Shown piece after piece: positions 48,200 to 57,912 of a stretch of 64,000 nucleotides of DNA. A program made the translations under genes and the position numbers. This DNA is from a virus, in the IMG/VR virus record IMGVR_UViG_3300002503_000002, positions 4,956 through 68,955 of that record; one strand, 5' to 3'. The notes beneath the pieces are model-generated. The model saw only the letters and a list, made by a program, of their open reading frames with translations, did not search any database and was not told where the DNA came from. Position 1 is the first letter of the stretch. The number at the start of each line of letters is the position of its first letter.

Positions 48200-49095
48200 T
48201 ATTTAAAACTCCTCTTCAATAACCATTCCTTGTAAAATTCAGGAGCCCCACCGATAACAGCACGTTCCATCTTAGGCCAGAAATAATCAAATAATTCTTG
48301 CATGATGGCTTCTTTCTCTTCCTTCAATATATCTTCTTTGATTTCTTTCAGGAGATTTCCAATATCCTTGGGGTCGTATTCTAATTCTCCACGTTCTTCT
48401 AAATGCTGTATGGCTTTTTTCCATCGTGCTTCTGTCCTATATGATAAGATAAGTTTTTGTAGGATATCCCCTTGTGTTGGATTCTTCTCGCGCCAATCCT
48501 TCTGTTGGACTTCTTTGAATCGTTCACTTACGAATTTCCCTATCGCTACCTTCTTCTCACTGGTAATCATAGTATAATTCTTGACCACCACGCCTTCTAA
48601 TTTGGTCCCCTCTAATACAGATTCCTGCTCCAAGAATGAAAGCAATTCATTGGGAGTATCTATCTTACCAATAAAGAGGATAGGGACACATTCCAAACCA
48701 ATACGGTCTGCCTCATTATATTTCTGGTCCGGTGTCATGTATTGTTCTAAACCCGTGGATATATCAAATATGATTAAATGGTCCCTTGGAACCCTACTAT
48801 ATTTCAATGTCCCATGTTCAGGAGTTTTCAGATATTCAGCACGATAGATATAACCCGGTTTGAACAAACCCTGTGCATATTTCTGTTTAATGACATTCAC
48901 GGCTTCTTGAAACATTTTGTCCGGGGCATCTAATATTATTTGTTTCCCCTTGGACCGTGCTTGTAATTCGTTATCTGTGACAGACCAACTGAATTGCGAT
49001 CCATCAATTTTTTCTTCTATTACAACATCACTCTTGAAAATATCCAATACCTGCTTATGACCCAATGCGAACACAGATGGGTAACTATATATCAT
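48199..49095 (-). CDS. ATP-dependent RNA ligase (Rnl2/Rnl5-like)
   Basis: Motif I EEKIDGSQ, AEY, FDI, VP.L, EGVVVKN and KFVSERFKE. Confidence 0.88.
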   Translation of the reverse strand: MIYSYPSVFALGHKQVLDIFKSDVVIEEKIDGSQFSWSVTDNELQARSKGKQIILDAPDKMFQEAVNVIKQKYAQGLFKPGYIYRAEYLKTPEHGTLKYSRVPRDHLIIFDISTGLEQYMTPDQKYNEADRIGLECVPILFIGKIDTPNELLSFLEQESVLEGTKLEGVVVKNYTMITSEKKVAIGKFVSERFKEVQQKDWREKNPTQGDILQKLILSYRTEARWKKAIQHLEERGELEYDPKDIGNLLKEIKEDILKEEKEAIMQELFDYFWPKMERAVIGGAPEFYKEWLLKRSFK

Positions 49096-49304
49096 GGCAA
49101 TCCCCCTTCTTCAAATTCCCGAATACGCCAAGCATCAATCTGTCCATAATCTTTTTTCATTTGTTTTTTATACAATCCACATTTTATACATTTAACATAG
49201 ATAATATCTCTAATACCTGTCTTAAACCCATATTGAGTAGATTTCAACTTTATTTCTATATTTTGCTCAGTTTTATATTGAGTCCATTTATGAAATAGAC
49301 ACAT
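49092..49304 (-). CDS. Small Zn-ribbon protein
   Basis: CLFHKW...CIKCG. Confidence 0.55.
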   Translation of the reverse strand: MCLFHKWTQYKTEQNIEIKLKSTQYGFKTGIRDIIYVKCIKCGLYKKQMKKDYGQIDAWRIREFEEGGLP

Positions 49305-49625
49305 TTAGACACCTTCATTAATTAGATATGTTCTTCCGATATGTTTTTTTATTTCTTCAATACTTTGAGCAGGATTAGTTCCGCTTTCTCTGGAATAAAA
49401 TAAAAGCACATAAAATAATATTTTTTGTAAATCTTCCTCATTTTCTATCTTTACTGTGTTATCATTTTTATCGTCTCTGAGTTGTGAATGTAGTTTATAT
49501 CCTTGATTATGTTTGTCTCCATTACAATAATAACAATAATATGGTCCAGAATCATAATCTTTTGAATCTTCTATATCCTCGGCCCTTAGATGAAACCAAA
49601 TAGGAAATTTAATTTTGGTATTCAC
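49305..49625 (-). CDS. Zn-finger family B protein
   Basis: WFH...YYCYYC...H...EDLQKILF. Confidence 0.55.
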   Translation of the reverse strand: MNTKIKFPIWFHLRAEDIEDSKDYDSGPYYCYYCNGDKHNQGYKLHSQLRDDKNDNTVKIENEEDLQKILFYVLLFYSRESGTNPAQSIEEIKKHIGRTYLINEGV

Positions 49626-49957
49626 TTAAAAACCTCTGATAATATATATTCAGTACTCTGACAATGTGCCACTCGTTCATGCATTGATTTATAATCATTG
49701 ATAATGAACATCTGAAATAGAATATTCATAAGGTCTTCATATATAGTAATTTTATATGTTTTAATTATATCAGATGGGTGTGAAAGATGTTCTTTATAAA
49801 ATTTCATTGGCTGTCCCTTATCATTGGTAAATATATCTCCATAATTACATATATAACAATAAAATATCCTAGGACTACCACCATTATATGTTATACCATC
49901 CTTCATGACCTCATGAAAGACAACTACCCTGTTTAGTTCATTGACCATGATAACCAT
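49622..49957 (-). CDS. Zn-finger family B protein
   Basis: VFH...FYCYIC...H...EDLMNILF. Confidence 0.55.
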   Translation of the reverse strand: MVIMVNELNRVVVFHEVMKDGITYNGGSPRIFYCYICNYGDIFTNDKGQPMKFYKEHLSHPSDIIKTYKITIYEDLMNILFQMFIINDYKSMHERVAHCQSTEYILSEVFK

Positions 49958-50396
49958 TTATCCTTTTTCTGTACGATGAATTCACAAAAGACTCTAATTT
50001 CTTCCCTGCTTTGTTATCTTTCCGGCCAACCCATGATAATGTATAATCAATATGTGCTAAAAGAGCAAGTGCTGTTTTCCTGCGTTCTCTCAATGCAGGA
50101 CTATTTGTTTTATAAGTGCCCTTTATCTGATTAACAATGGTCTGTGAATCCCCGATAATTTCATATTCCTTATCATTGAAATAAAGTTGGTGTTGTACAT
50201 ATTCCAGTGCCTTAATCAAGGCATCATATTCTGCCTGATTGGAAGAATGAGCCTCAGAGAGAAATATATGCTCTTGTTCTAAGTTATTTTCTTCAATGAT
50301 ATAACATCCATATGTCTTGCGTTTTTCTATATCCTTTATATGATTGTTTATACAAGCACCATCGAACCATATCTTCACTTTCTTTTCCTTATCCAT
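49938..50396 (-). CDS. rnhA: Ribonuclease HI (archaeal/actinobacterial type)
   Basis: FDGAC, SNQAEY.AL, GDSQ..VNQIKG.YK and WV.R..N..A. Confidence 0.9.
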   Translation of the reverse strand: MDKEKKVKIWFDGACINNHIKDIEKRKTYGCYIIEENNLEQEHIFLSEAHSSNQAEYDALIKALEYVQHQLYFNDKEYEIIGDSQTIVNQIKGTYKTNSPALRERRKTALALLAHIDYTLSWVGRKDNKAGKKLESFVNSSYRKRINGYHGQ

Positions 50397-50614
50397 ATTA
50401 CATTACCATCCAACCATATTTTCTGAATTTTATATAATGGTATTCTACCTCTATCTGTCGTAAAGTAACGACGTTCAACATCTCTGATAGTATTACCTTC
50501 TATATTCTTAAAGCCGATGATTAATGTTCTATCAGAACAATCTATTTTCACTCTGGCAAAATCTATGTTCAATCCCCATTTCAGGAAATTGAGGACTTCC
50601 CGAGCAGTTTTCAT
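50375..50614 (-). CDS. DUF504 / MJ1316 RNA-end recognition domain protein
   Basis: AREVLN.LKW...RIPLYKIQKI..DG.VIW.R. Confidence 0.75.
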   Translation of the reverse strand: MKTAREVLNFLKWGLNIDFARVKIDCSDRTLIIGFKNIEGNTIRDVERRYFTTDRGRIPLYKIQKIWLDGNVIWIRKRK

Positions 50615-50985
50615 AAAACCACCTTTAAATCTTGAATAATATCTTCTATTGCTTCCATTTTAGTATCTGATAATTGCAGACAGATATTATAAGGATATGG
50701 ATAGTGCATAAATCTATGTTTTAAACATGTATTACATAATTTACATTGGTGATATAATTTAGTAAAATTATCTGCTCGATAATACGCATCCTCGTCATTA
50801 CTAAATTGATAGTCATTATTTGTATGTAAAACACCTACTTTTATATAAGAATATGCTGTATGTTTCTTGCAATCATCACAAACGAATTTATTATTAATAG
50901 AGCCGAGCCATATTTCTTTATATTTATTGTCATCTCCATAATCAATAGAAGTCTTATTATACAATACACCCTTATATTTAAACAT
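50611..50985 (-). CDS. Zn-finger family A protein (KY..LYN subtype)
   Basis: WL.S...VCDDC...LCNTCL; tandem paralog of the next gene. Confidence 0.6.
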   Translation of the reverse strand: MFKYKGVLYNKTSIDYGDDNKYKEIWLGSINNKFVCDDCKKHTAYSYIKVGVLHTNNDYQFSNDEDAYYRADNFTKLYHQCKLCNTCLKHRFMHYPYPYNICLQLSDTKMEAIEDIIQDLKVVL

Positions 50986-50994
50986 CGAAACACC

Positions 50995-51372
50995 TTAGAA
51001 TGTCAATTTTATCATATTCATTAAATCTATTATATTGGTGATGCCATCTATTGATAATGGTATTTCATACGTAATATTATATAATTTAAAGTCTTCATCA
51101 TCAAAAGCAAAACATAGACAATCTTTACATATGGAATATGTTTTAGGCGCTCTATTGTTTACCATCCAAAGTAAATTATTATCCTTTCTTACTTTTTTTA
51201 CTAAGAAGTGATAGGTATGTGAATTTTTGGATTTACATTCTCCACATACATAGTTTTTATTCTTTGAACGTAACCAGAATTGTGTACTTTCTTCATATTC
51301 ATCTATATAATTATCATCGGTCTTTTTATCCATAATCAATGTATTGTATAATATGTTATTATATTTCAACAT
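50995..51372 (-). CDS. Zn-finger family A protein (KY..LYN subtype)
   Basis: WL.S...VCGEC...ICKDCL. Confidence 0.6.
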   Translation of the reverse strand: MLKYNNILYNTLIMDKKTDDNYIDEYEESTQFWLRSKNKNYVCGECKSKNSHTYHFLVKKVRKDNNLLWMVNNRAPKTYSICKDCLCFAFDDEDFKLYNITYEIPLSIDGITNIIDLMNMIKLTF

Positions 51373-51374
51373 GA

Positions 51375-51563
51375 TTAAAACTCCTCTCGAAATTCTGTAT
51401 CATCCACTGTGAATTCCGCTCCTACGATACAAGATTCAGAACATAGATGTGCCCATTTACCTTTTATCATTTTAGCAAATTGCACGGTGTTTTCATGACA
51501 GACAGGACATAATTCACCTTTATCTACGAAACAACCACATTCTAATAACAACTCTTCTGTCAT
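51375..51563 (-). CDS. TRASH-like Zn-binding protein
   Basis: CPVC.........LCSESC. Confidence 0.5.
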   Translation of the reverse strand: MTEELLLECGCFVDKGELCPVCHENTVQFAKMIKGKWAHLCSESCIVGAEFTVDDTEFREEF

Positions 51564-51877
51564 GATTTGTCTCCTCTAAAGATAGTATCACGCAGAACAA
51601 TTAAATCATCCAATTCGCCTTTGCTTTCTATAACCATTAACGCAGAGAGACAAGAATAATCATCACATAAAAACAAACTATTGTTCATCATCTTATCAAT
51701 TTCTTCTCTTGTTAATATGTCTTGGTTTTTAGGATAAATCTGGCAATTAGAAACATGATATAGATGCCAATGCGTCTTATAATTTATTTTATCAATCCTC
51801 GGCTCCCGTTTAATCTTATGATACTGTGCACCGTTCTTCTGACAGAAGGAACATAGGATATTATCTATGTAGACCAT
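51560..51877 (-). CDS. Zn-finger family A protein (CxxxxC subtype)
   Basis: CSFC...YH...H...C...FLCDDYSCLS. Confidence 0.6.
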   Translation of the reverse strand: MVYIDNILCSFCQKNGAQYHKIKREPRIDKINYKTHWHLYHVSNCQIYPKNQDILTREEIDKMMNNSLFLCDDYSCLSALMVIESKGELDDLIVLRDTIFRGDKS

Positions 51878-52177
51878 TTATAACATCTCCTTCAATCTCA
51901 AACTATATTGTGGTTCATCTAATATCAACACAGAGGAAAGACATACTTCATTATTGCATACAAAAATAGATATATCTTCTATTTTATTTTTTTTTAATAA
52001 TAACTCTACTGTTTCTTCGTTATTATCATTATTCTTCCATGTACGATTATTAAAAATACAAAATTTAAAATCATGCCACAATAAAGTATAATGTATAGAG
52101 TCGTTCCAGCGCCTAGTAAATCTATGATAGGATGGTTTATTTATACCACATACCATACACTTTATATCTATCATCAA
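51878..52177 (-). CDS. Zn-finger family A protein (CxxxxC subtype)
   Basis: CMVC...YH...H...C...FVCNNEVCLS. Confidence 0.6.
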   Translation of the reverse strand: MMIDIKCMVCGINKPSYHRFTRRWNDSIHYTLLWHDFKFCIFNNRTWKNNDNNEETVELLLKKNKIEDISIFVCNNEVCLSSVLILDEPQYSLRLKEML

Positions 52178-52180
52178 ACA

Positions 52181-52984
52181 TCAAACACCGTCTGTTATTC
52201 TCTCTACAAACGAGATATCGAAGACATTCTCATGTAATACGTCAAACTGATGTATTTTCGTTGTAAGGTCTGTCTTGGCATTAGACCATATTCGGTTACA
52301 TAATAAAGCATATGTATGATAAAGAGACAAAGAATCTGTAGAAATATTATCAAATAGTTTATCAGGTAGATTCTTCTTCAATATCTCCTCATGTTTCTTA
52401 TTATATATCACTTTGGTTAATACGCTCAAACTTGGAATCAGATTATAATCAGCGCCAAGTAGAGTTTGGGCCACTATTACCAATTTATCTACAGAAGTCT
52501 CCAAGGATTTCATATGCTTAGATACATAGAGGGACAAATCCTTGTAATAACGTTGGGGTAGAACGACATAAATCCCTCCAATGGTCATAAATGTCCTCAT
52601 TCCGAACTTAAGGGAACCATCTATGGAATTATACATTGTAAGACCATGACTGACTTTATCACCACCGACTTCTCCAACATCATCATTCATTTTAACCATG
52701 ACATACATTTGAGTATCATTGTCCTTGGAATAAAAGGTGTCTAATATCGTGCCACCTATCTTATCACTTAGACGTTCAATGACCTCATGGGCTTTTTCAT
52801 TGGGAAATAATTTGTACCGGGTGCTTTGGACAGTAACTAATTTTCCATGCTTAAAAATGCCCATGTAGCGCGTGTCAGAGCCATTGTAGTTGAGAGTCCC
52901 TTCTTCATAACCCAAAGATTCCCACGGGGAGAATCGTCGTATGAATGTTGCTGTTCCAATATCATCGGTCATTCTATCTTCCAC
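52181..52984 (-). CDS. DUF932-like protein
   Basis: S.RYKL.PN, GD.V..GL...NSIDGS. Confidence 0.7.
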   Translation of the reverse strand: MEDRMTDDIGTATFIRRFSPWESLGYEEGTLNYNGSDTRYMGIFKHGKLVTVQSTRYKLFPNEKAHEVIERLSDKIGGTILDTFYSKDNDTQMYVMVKMNDDVGEVGGDKVSHGLTMYNSIDGSLKFGMRTFMTIGGIYVVLPQRYYKDLSLYVSKHMKSLETSVDKLVIVAQTLLGADYNLIPSLSVLTKVIYNKKHEEILKKNLPDKLFDNISTDSLSLYHTYALLCNRIWSNAKTDLTTKIHQFDVLHENVFDISFVERITDGV

Positions 52985-53205
52985 TCCTTTATTCCTTGTT
53001 TACTAAAAACCCTAGTTATAGTATCAATATAGGATTGGATTTCTTCATCGGCTCTTTTCGTTACTAGTGCATCTTGCATTTTATTGAGGGCTTCAACCTG
53101 CCAATCCTCGGGACTATCTTCTGGATCGAGATATTCTAAACCTAATCTTATTACTTCGGCTACAAAATCTGCTTGCTCATCCGTCAATTCTAACTTGATT
53201 TCCAT
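52969..53205 (-). CDS. Small acidic hypothetical protein
   Basis: GGAG SD before MEIKLEL. Confidence 0.55.
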   Translation of the reverse strand: MEIKLELTDEQADFVAEVIRLGLEYLDPEDSPEDWQVEALNKMQDALVTKRADEEIQSYIDTITRVFSKQGIKEWKIE

Positions 53206-53247
53206 ATTATATCTCCAATGTACATAATGATACATCAATTAGTATTG

Positions 53248-53285
53248 ATTAATATAATAATCTATAAAAAAATAAAAAGAGGAAG
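53248..53285 (-). terminator. T-rich archaeal-type terminator followed by a TATA-like element
   Basis: CTCTTTTTATTTTTTT right after the stop, then TTATATATT. Confidence 0.5.
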
Positions 53286-53289
53286 TCCA

Positions 53290-53739
53290 TTACTGGATTT
53301 CCTCAATCTCGGACAATTCCAGCATATTTGGCCAGAATGACCTTACAGCGATTGTCTGCATACCGACCTTGACGAGATATGTTGTCTCGGTATTCAAATA
53401 CTCAAGGTTCAGGGAAACAGCCAACGACTTCTGTTTTTCCGTTTCTTGATACTCCGCCCGAAACGAGGATAGCAGGTCCATTGCCGGAATTGGCGTATTC
53501 TGGACAATCGCCTGATTCGAGATATTCCTCGTTTCAGGTGTCGTCTTAGATGTCAAGTCGGAAAAGACCTGTTCCGTTGTTTTCGGTGCTTTCACACGAA
53601 CCCCAGTGTGATTGTGCCGATGGCCACCCAAAGCGAAACGAGCATTCTTCGTTGTTTTATATTTCGCTTCCGATGTCCAGCCGCATTCACACTTCGCCGC
53701 ATATTTCTTTACTTCTGGTGCGTATATCACGTTTCTCAT
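53290..53739 (-). CDS. C2H2-type Zn-finger protein, higher GC than neighbours
   Basis: CECGW.......ALGGHRHNH; AGGAAGG SD. Confidence 0.65.
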   Translation of the reverse strand: MRNVIYAPEVKKYAAKCECGWTSEAKYKTTKNARFALGGHRHNHTGVRVKAPKTTEQVFSDLTSKTTPETRNISNQAIVQNTPIPAMDLLSSFRAEYQETEKQKSLAVSLNLEYLNTETTYLVKVGMQTIAVRSFWPNMLELSEIEEIQ

Positions 53740-53754
53740 GTCGTTCCTTCCTTT

Positions 53755-54036
53755 TTACAGATTAAATTCCTTCACTAATCTATTGTATACATCGATATTT
53801 ACTGTGAAAAATATTTCACCATAAACATTATCTTGATAATAATTTATACTATTAATATGTAATAATATTAAGATATTAGTCAACACTGGAGTTGAAATAT
53901 TCTTAATACAATATCCATGTTTTTGAGTGATATCTTTATCTCTCTCATCTTCTTTTTTACATGGACACCATAGACAATGATTTATAAAAGAATTGGTAAA
54001 CCAAAGATGATGAATCAAGTCATTTTCCATTTCCAT
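53755..54036 (-). CDS. Zn-finger family B protein (HH..W..HCxxCP)
   Basis: HHLW...HCLWCPC...HGYC; start refined using the GGAG SD. Confidence 0.55.
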   Translation of the reverse strand: MEMENDLIHHLWFTNSFINHCLWCPCKKEDERDKDITQKHGYCIKNISTPVLTNILILLHINSINYYQDNVYGEIFFTVNIDVYNRLVKEFNL

Positions 54037-55363
54037 TTCCATTCTCCTTATATTCGATACGGATGATATCTCCAAATGGCGGATCATCTTTGGCCTGAAA
54101 GTTGCCAGCATAAATCCATAATGTCTTGAAATCCCCGATATCCTCTTCGTTTGGAAATGTACCCTGTCCATCCGTGAAATATAGAAAAGCCTTACAATTT
54201 GGTGCGTTTTCCAAGGCCCATTCAAACGCAGGACAGAAATCAGTCCCACCATATCCCTTTCTTTTTGACAGGGTTTCTAATATATCTGCGGTACTCGTCG
54301 TTGTGATTGTATGCTTAACATCAGCATCGCTTGAGATAATCGTAAAACGTACCCGATTGAAGGCCCGAGCAATGGCAAATAACTCATTGAGGAAATCAAT
54401 GTAAAGAGTATCATCCACCGAACCTGAGACATCTATCGACACGATTATCTCTAATTCCTCACGTAGGATAGAAGGTAAATAAGCCCCAACTCCAGCCGAT
54501 TTCTTGGAAGGCTTAGACCATGTGAAATCCTGTGGAACGGATTGCTGTATGAAACGATACAGATATCTGCGCCAATCCACTTTCTCAGGAGCTAACTTAA
54601 TATCCACTAATTTTTCCAAAGAACCAGATAATTTACCTTGCCTATGTGCTAATTCTGCCGCATTCAATACGGCCTCATTCCATTCCTCTTTCAATTGTTT
54701 CAATTCATTTTCAAATTCCTTGACTTCCTTACCAATCTCTGAATCCTTCGAACCGCTAAATCTATCCTTATCGCTCTTAAAATCCCCTTCGCCCATAGCC
54801 TCGTTCTTTTCTTGTTCTGTTTCACCATCGGCATTTGTGAATCCACCACACCCACCGTATATTTCCAATAACTTTTGATGACTTAACAAATCCCTATAAA
54901 TCTCTTCACTTGACATTCCCTTATATTTCACAAGTTCTTTTATTCTTGATGTTATCGATTTATCACTGACATTGAATCCATTCTCCAACAGAATATCATT
55001 AATCACCATATCCGTGGCAATATTCCAGCATTTTCTCTTTACTGTCTCAGGCTTTGCTTTGAATCTCTTATCGTGAGAAAAGGCCAGATGCATAGTTTCA
55101 TGCGCTACAACACATTCCAATTCATCATCTTTCAATGAGGCAACGAAATCATCATCATAGAACAAATGACCTTGATAATCTACACACATTGTCGGCTGAA
55201 TGCCTAATTTATTTGCTTCAGCCGTTATAGATTTTGGCATTTTTGTTAGAGACAGGCGTAAAGATAGGTATCCAAAGAACGGTTGTTTTTCCAGTAATTT
55301 CGCTCTCGCCTTCCTAACTCTTTCTTCCGGTGTGAACTTTGTAGATAATATAGACATATCCAT
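54020..55363 (-). CDS. DUF2201 metallopeptidase plus vWA domain protein
   Basis: HETMH, WNIATD..IN, MIDAS DVSGS, GGTDF and YFTDG. Confidence 0.9.
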   Translation of the reverse strand: MDMSILSTKFTPEERVRKARAKLLEKQPFFGYLSLRLSLTKMPKSITAEANKLGIQPTMCVDYQGHLFYDDDFVASLKDDELECVVAHETMHLAFSHDKRFKAKPETVKRKCWNIATDMVINDILLENGFNVSDKSITSRIKELVKYKGMSSEEIYRDLLSHQKLLEIYGGCGGFTNADGETEQEKNEAMGEGDFKSDKDRFSGSKDSEIGKEVKEFENELKQLKEEWNEAVLNAAELAHRQGKLSGSLEKLVDIKLAPEKVDWRRYLYRFIQQSVPQDFTWSKPSKKSAGVGAYLPSILREELEIIVSIDVSGSVDDTLYIDFLNELFAIARAFNRVRFTIISSDADVKHTITTTSTADILETLSKRKGYGGTDFCPAFEWALENAPNCKAFLYFTDGQGTFPNEEDIGDFKTLWIYAGNFQAKDDPPFGDIIRIEYKENGNGNGK

Positions 55364-55375
55364 TCTCTCCTTTAT

Positions 55376-55418
55376 TATAAAAAATATAGATTGGATGAAT
55401 AGGTTAACTACTCATCCA
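55376..55418 (-). terminator. Hairpin plus T-run between the MoxR and vWA genes
   Basis: TGGATGAGTAG-TTAAC-CTATTCATCCA followed by ATCTATATTTTTT. Confidence 0.55.
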
Positions 55419-55420
55419 TT

Positions 55421-56512
55421 CTAGATATATTTCGCATATTTCAGACCTATTTCTCTATCTACCTTGACGATATCCCACATCTGTTCCCTAAATTCTGCTC
55501 CACCAAATACCTTCAAGAGATTCAACAATAGCATACCGTATTCAGGTTCAATATCCTTGCTGAATTTCATGACTTTCTTCAACTTATCCACTTTTTTATT
55601 ATACCATTCAGACATTGCTGTAATCACAGCATACTTCTCATCGGGCTTTAGTTTGTTGAAGTCTTGGTCGCCGTTGACAATATCATCAATCTTATATTTG
55701 TTCAACGACTTGCAAAACTGCTCAAACATATGTCCAACGGCTTTCCCTACAACAGCCTTTGCAAACCATACGTCTTTCTGCCCCAAAATCAAATGAGACA
55801 GTTTTTCCCAAGAACGTGGTGTCGCAAACGCCATATCAGATTTGTTCTTCGGGTCGAATTGATTCAGTTTAGTAGGTTGCCACCCCAAAAACCCAACAAT
55901 CCTGAAATCAATACTATTCGGGATTGCAAAGTTCTGTATCCATTCTTCCGTATGCTCTGGTGTCTCGGGAGCCGTCAATAGATAATGAGCATATCTATTC
56001 CCTAATGTGGCTTCCATATCAAAGACATTAACCCTATCCTCTACCCTATTCCCTGCGGCTATGACCAGCCAGCCATCCGGTAGAATGGCATTTGCTATAT
56101 GCCTTCCATGCAAAAGCGGATAGAAAGACGAACGGACTAAATCAGGGGCTCTGTTAAATTCATCCAAGAAATAGATTCCCTGACCAACTCTTGGGAAATC
56201 ATCAGGGACGAGCCATTTCGTATAACCCTCTACCGGGAATGGAATCCCCTTGATATCCGAAGGGTCGAATTGTGCCGCATTGACAGTTCTGACCACAAAT
56301 TTCTTCGTATGTCCAGCGAAATCCCTTGGGTCTGTCGAATATTCCCAGTTATTTTCTTTCGCAATCGTCCTTCCAGCCGCCTTTACTGCATCCGTTTTCC
56401 CAATACCCGGAGCCCCCCAAATAAACATGGGGACGCTCTTTGCACGAATCTCGTAATGGCGTCTTATTGCTTCCAATAGTTTTTCATGGTTTACTTCTAA
56501 CACTTTACTCAC
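55421..56512 (-). CDS. MoxR-like AAA+ ATPase
   Basis: WGAPGIGKT, DIKGIP, FLDEFNRA, AAGNR, LGNR and TPRSWE. Confidence 0.92.
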   Translation of the reverse strand: MSKVLEVNHEKLLEAIRRHYEIRAKSVPMFIWGAPGIGKTDAVKAAGRTIAKENNWEYSTDPRDFAGHTKKFVVRTVNAAQFDPSDIKGIPFPVEGYTKWLVPDDFPRVGQGIYFLDEFNRAPDLVRSSFYPLLHGRHIANAILPDGWLVIAAGNRVEDRVNVFDMEATLGNRYAHYLLTAPETPEHTEEWIQNFAIPNSIDFRIVGFLGWQPTKLNQFDPKNKSDMAFATPRSWEKLSHLILGQKDVWFAKAVVGKAVGHMFEQFCKSLNKYKIDDIVNGDQDFNKLKPDEKYAVITAMSEWYNKKVDKLKKVMKFSKDIEPEYGMLLLNLLKVFGGAEFREQMWDIVKVDREIGLKYAKYI

Positions 56513-57317
56513 CTTTGTTCGTTTGTTCCTGTTTCGCTTTTGCCAGTATTTCCAATTGTTCTATCTGTTTCTTTGTTTCTTCCTTGAATTTATCAAAGGC
56601 ATACGGGATGAACTCCCTGATAATCTGCTCGTTCAATGATAATATCTTTTCTTTGGCATCATGATATAGAGTATAATAATCTCTTGGTTTATTTATATTC
56701 CTATGTTCATCCAAGAGATGCAAAAATTCACTAATATTGTTTTTATTATAATAAAACATAAAACTAATAATATCCTGTTCTATTATCTTAGATAGTTTAT
56801 CCATTTCACTATGAATACTCTTAGATAAGAGTTTTGCCTTGTAAAATTGCTCATCATTTTCCTTTAATAATGGATTGTAGTCATCAGACATAGAATATAA
56901 ATTTCTATCTAAATGAGATACCAAATATGTATTTAACTTATAGAGACTCTCTTCAACAGATTTTTCAAAATCAATCAAATCTTTTGTTTTAAATATTATT
57001 CGAATAGATTTTCTTCTTCGATAGCTATCGTTTTCATATGGTAAGTTATTGTCTTTACATGTTTTAACAATCGCTTCACGCAATACATCAATTTGTCGTT
57101 TTTCACCGCCGCTATCTTCATCATTTATGAATGTATCCTTGAATACGAATAAACGTAATACATTCTCAGCCGTTTCCATTAAATAAATATTTTTATGACC
57201 ATCATTACAAGTACCAAATGCTGCATAATATTTCTCTACTAACATGGCCTCTACATCTGCCTTACATGACTGGCATTTACTCATTATTCGCTTATATGGC
57301 TTTCTTCCCTTTGGCAT
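56505..57317 (-). CDS. Hypothetical protein with N-terminal Zn ribbon
   Basis: PKGRK, CQSC...CNDGH. Confidence 0.55.
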   Translation of the reverse strand: MPKGRKPYKRIMSKCQSCKADVEAMLVEKYYAAFGTCNDGHKNIYLMETAENVLRLFVFKDTFINDEDSGGEKRQIDVLREAIVKTCKDNNLPYENDSYRRRKSIRIIFKTKDLIDFEKSVEESLYKLNTYLVSHLDRNLYSMSDDYNPLLKENDEQFYKAKLLSKSIHSEMDKLSKIIEQDIISFMFYYNKNNISEFLHLLDEHRNINKPRDYYTLYHDAKEKILSLNEQIIREFIPYAFDKFKEETKKQIEQLEILAKAKQEQTNKGE

Positions 57318-57716
57318 TTATTGAACACCCCACTTTCTCTCAAATCTGGGATTCTTTACCCTCTTGGAATGTGGTTCCCATAATCCTAATGACATTGTTA
57401 TCTCCTTTTTTCTATTGGAATGAAGAGGACCAAAATGTCTTTCTATTTTAGAGAATGCCTCTCGCTCTTGGCCCCATAAATAATAAATAATAATAGGTTG
57501 ACAATCTTTATAACGTCCATTCCATCTTGAAGCCCGTCCAGCAAAACGTACACGCCGTATCATACCATTGATAGACTTGTTCTTCCTTATATCCGCGAAT
57601 TGCATAGAGAAGTTAGTATTTTGCAACTCATCCCTGATTTCATGTACGAACAATGGACCCTTTTCAGATAAAAGGGTTAACATGAATTTACTTTTTGGGG
57701 TCATTCGTCCTACCAT
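57318..57716 (-). CDS. Putative winged-helix DNA-binding protein
   Basis: LLSEKGPL...EI..EL...IYYL; basic. Confidence 0.55.
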   Translation of the reverse strand: MVGRMTPKSKFMLTLLSEKGPLFVHEIRDELQNTNFSMQFADIRKNKSINGMIRRVRFAGRASRWNGRYKDCQPIIIYYLWGQEREAFSKIERHFGPLHSNRKKEITMSLGLWEPHSKRVKNPRFERKWGVQ

Positions 57717-57720
57717 ATAA

Positions 57721-57912
57721 TCACATCGCCATATGTTTTTCCATATTGTTACAGAATAGACCGCAAGAACGACATAAGAACATAGATTCAGATTCTACAA
57801 TATCTATGAAATCCTCATAGTCAATATCCCTGATATCAGTCTGAGATAAAGAAACAGGCGTTACATCCTCGCTGACACAATGACATTTAATATATAGTGG
57901 GATATCAGTCAT
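57721..57912 (-). CDS. Small Zn-binding protein
   Basis: CHC...LCRSC. Confidence 0.45.
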   Translation of the reverse strand: MTDIPLYIKCHCVSEDVTPVSLSQTDIRDIDYEDFIDIVESESMFLCRSCGLFCNNMEKHMAM

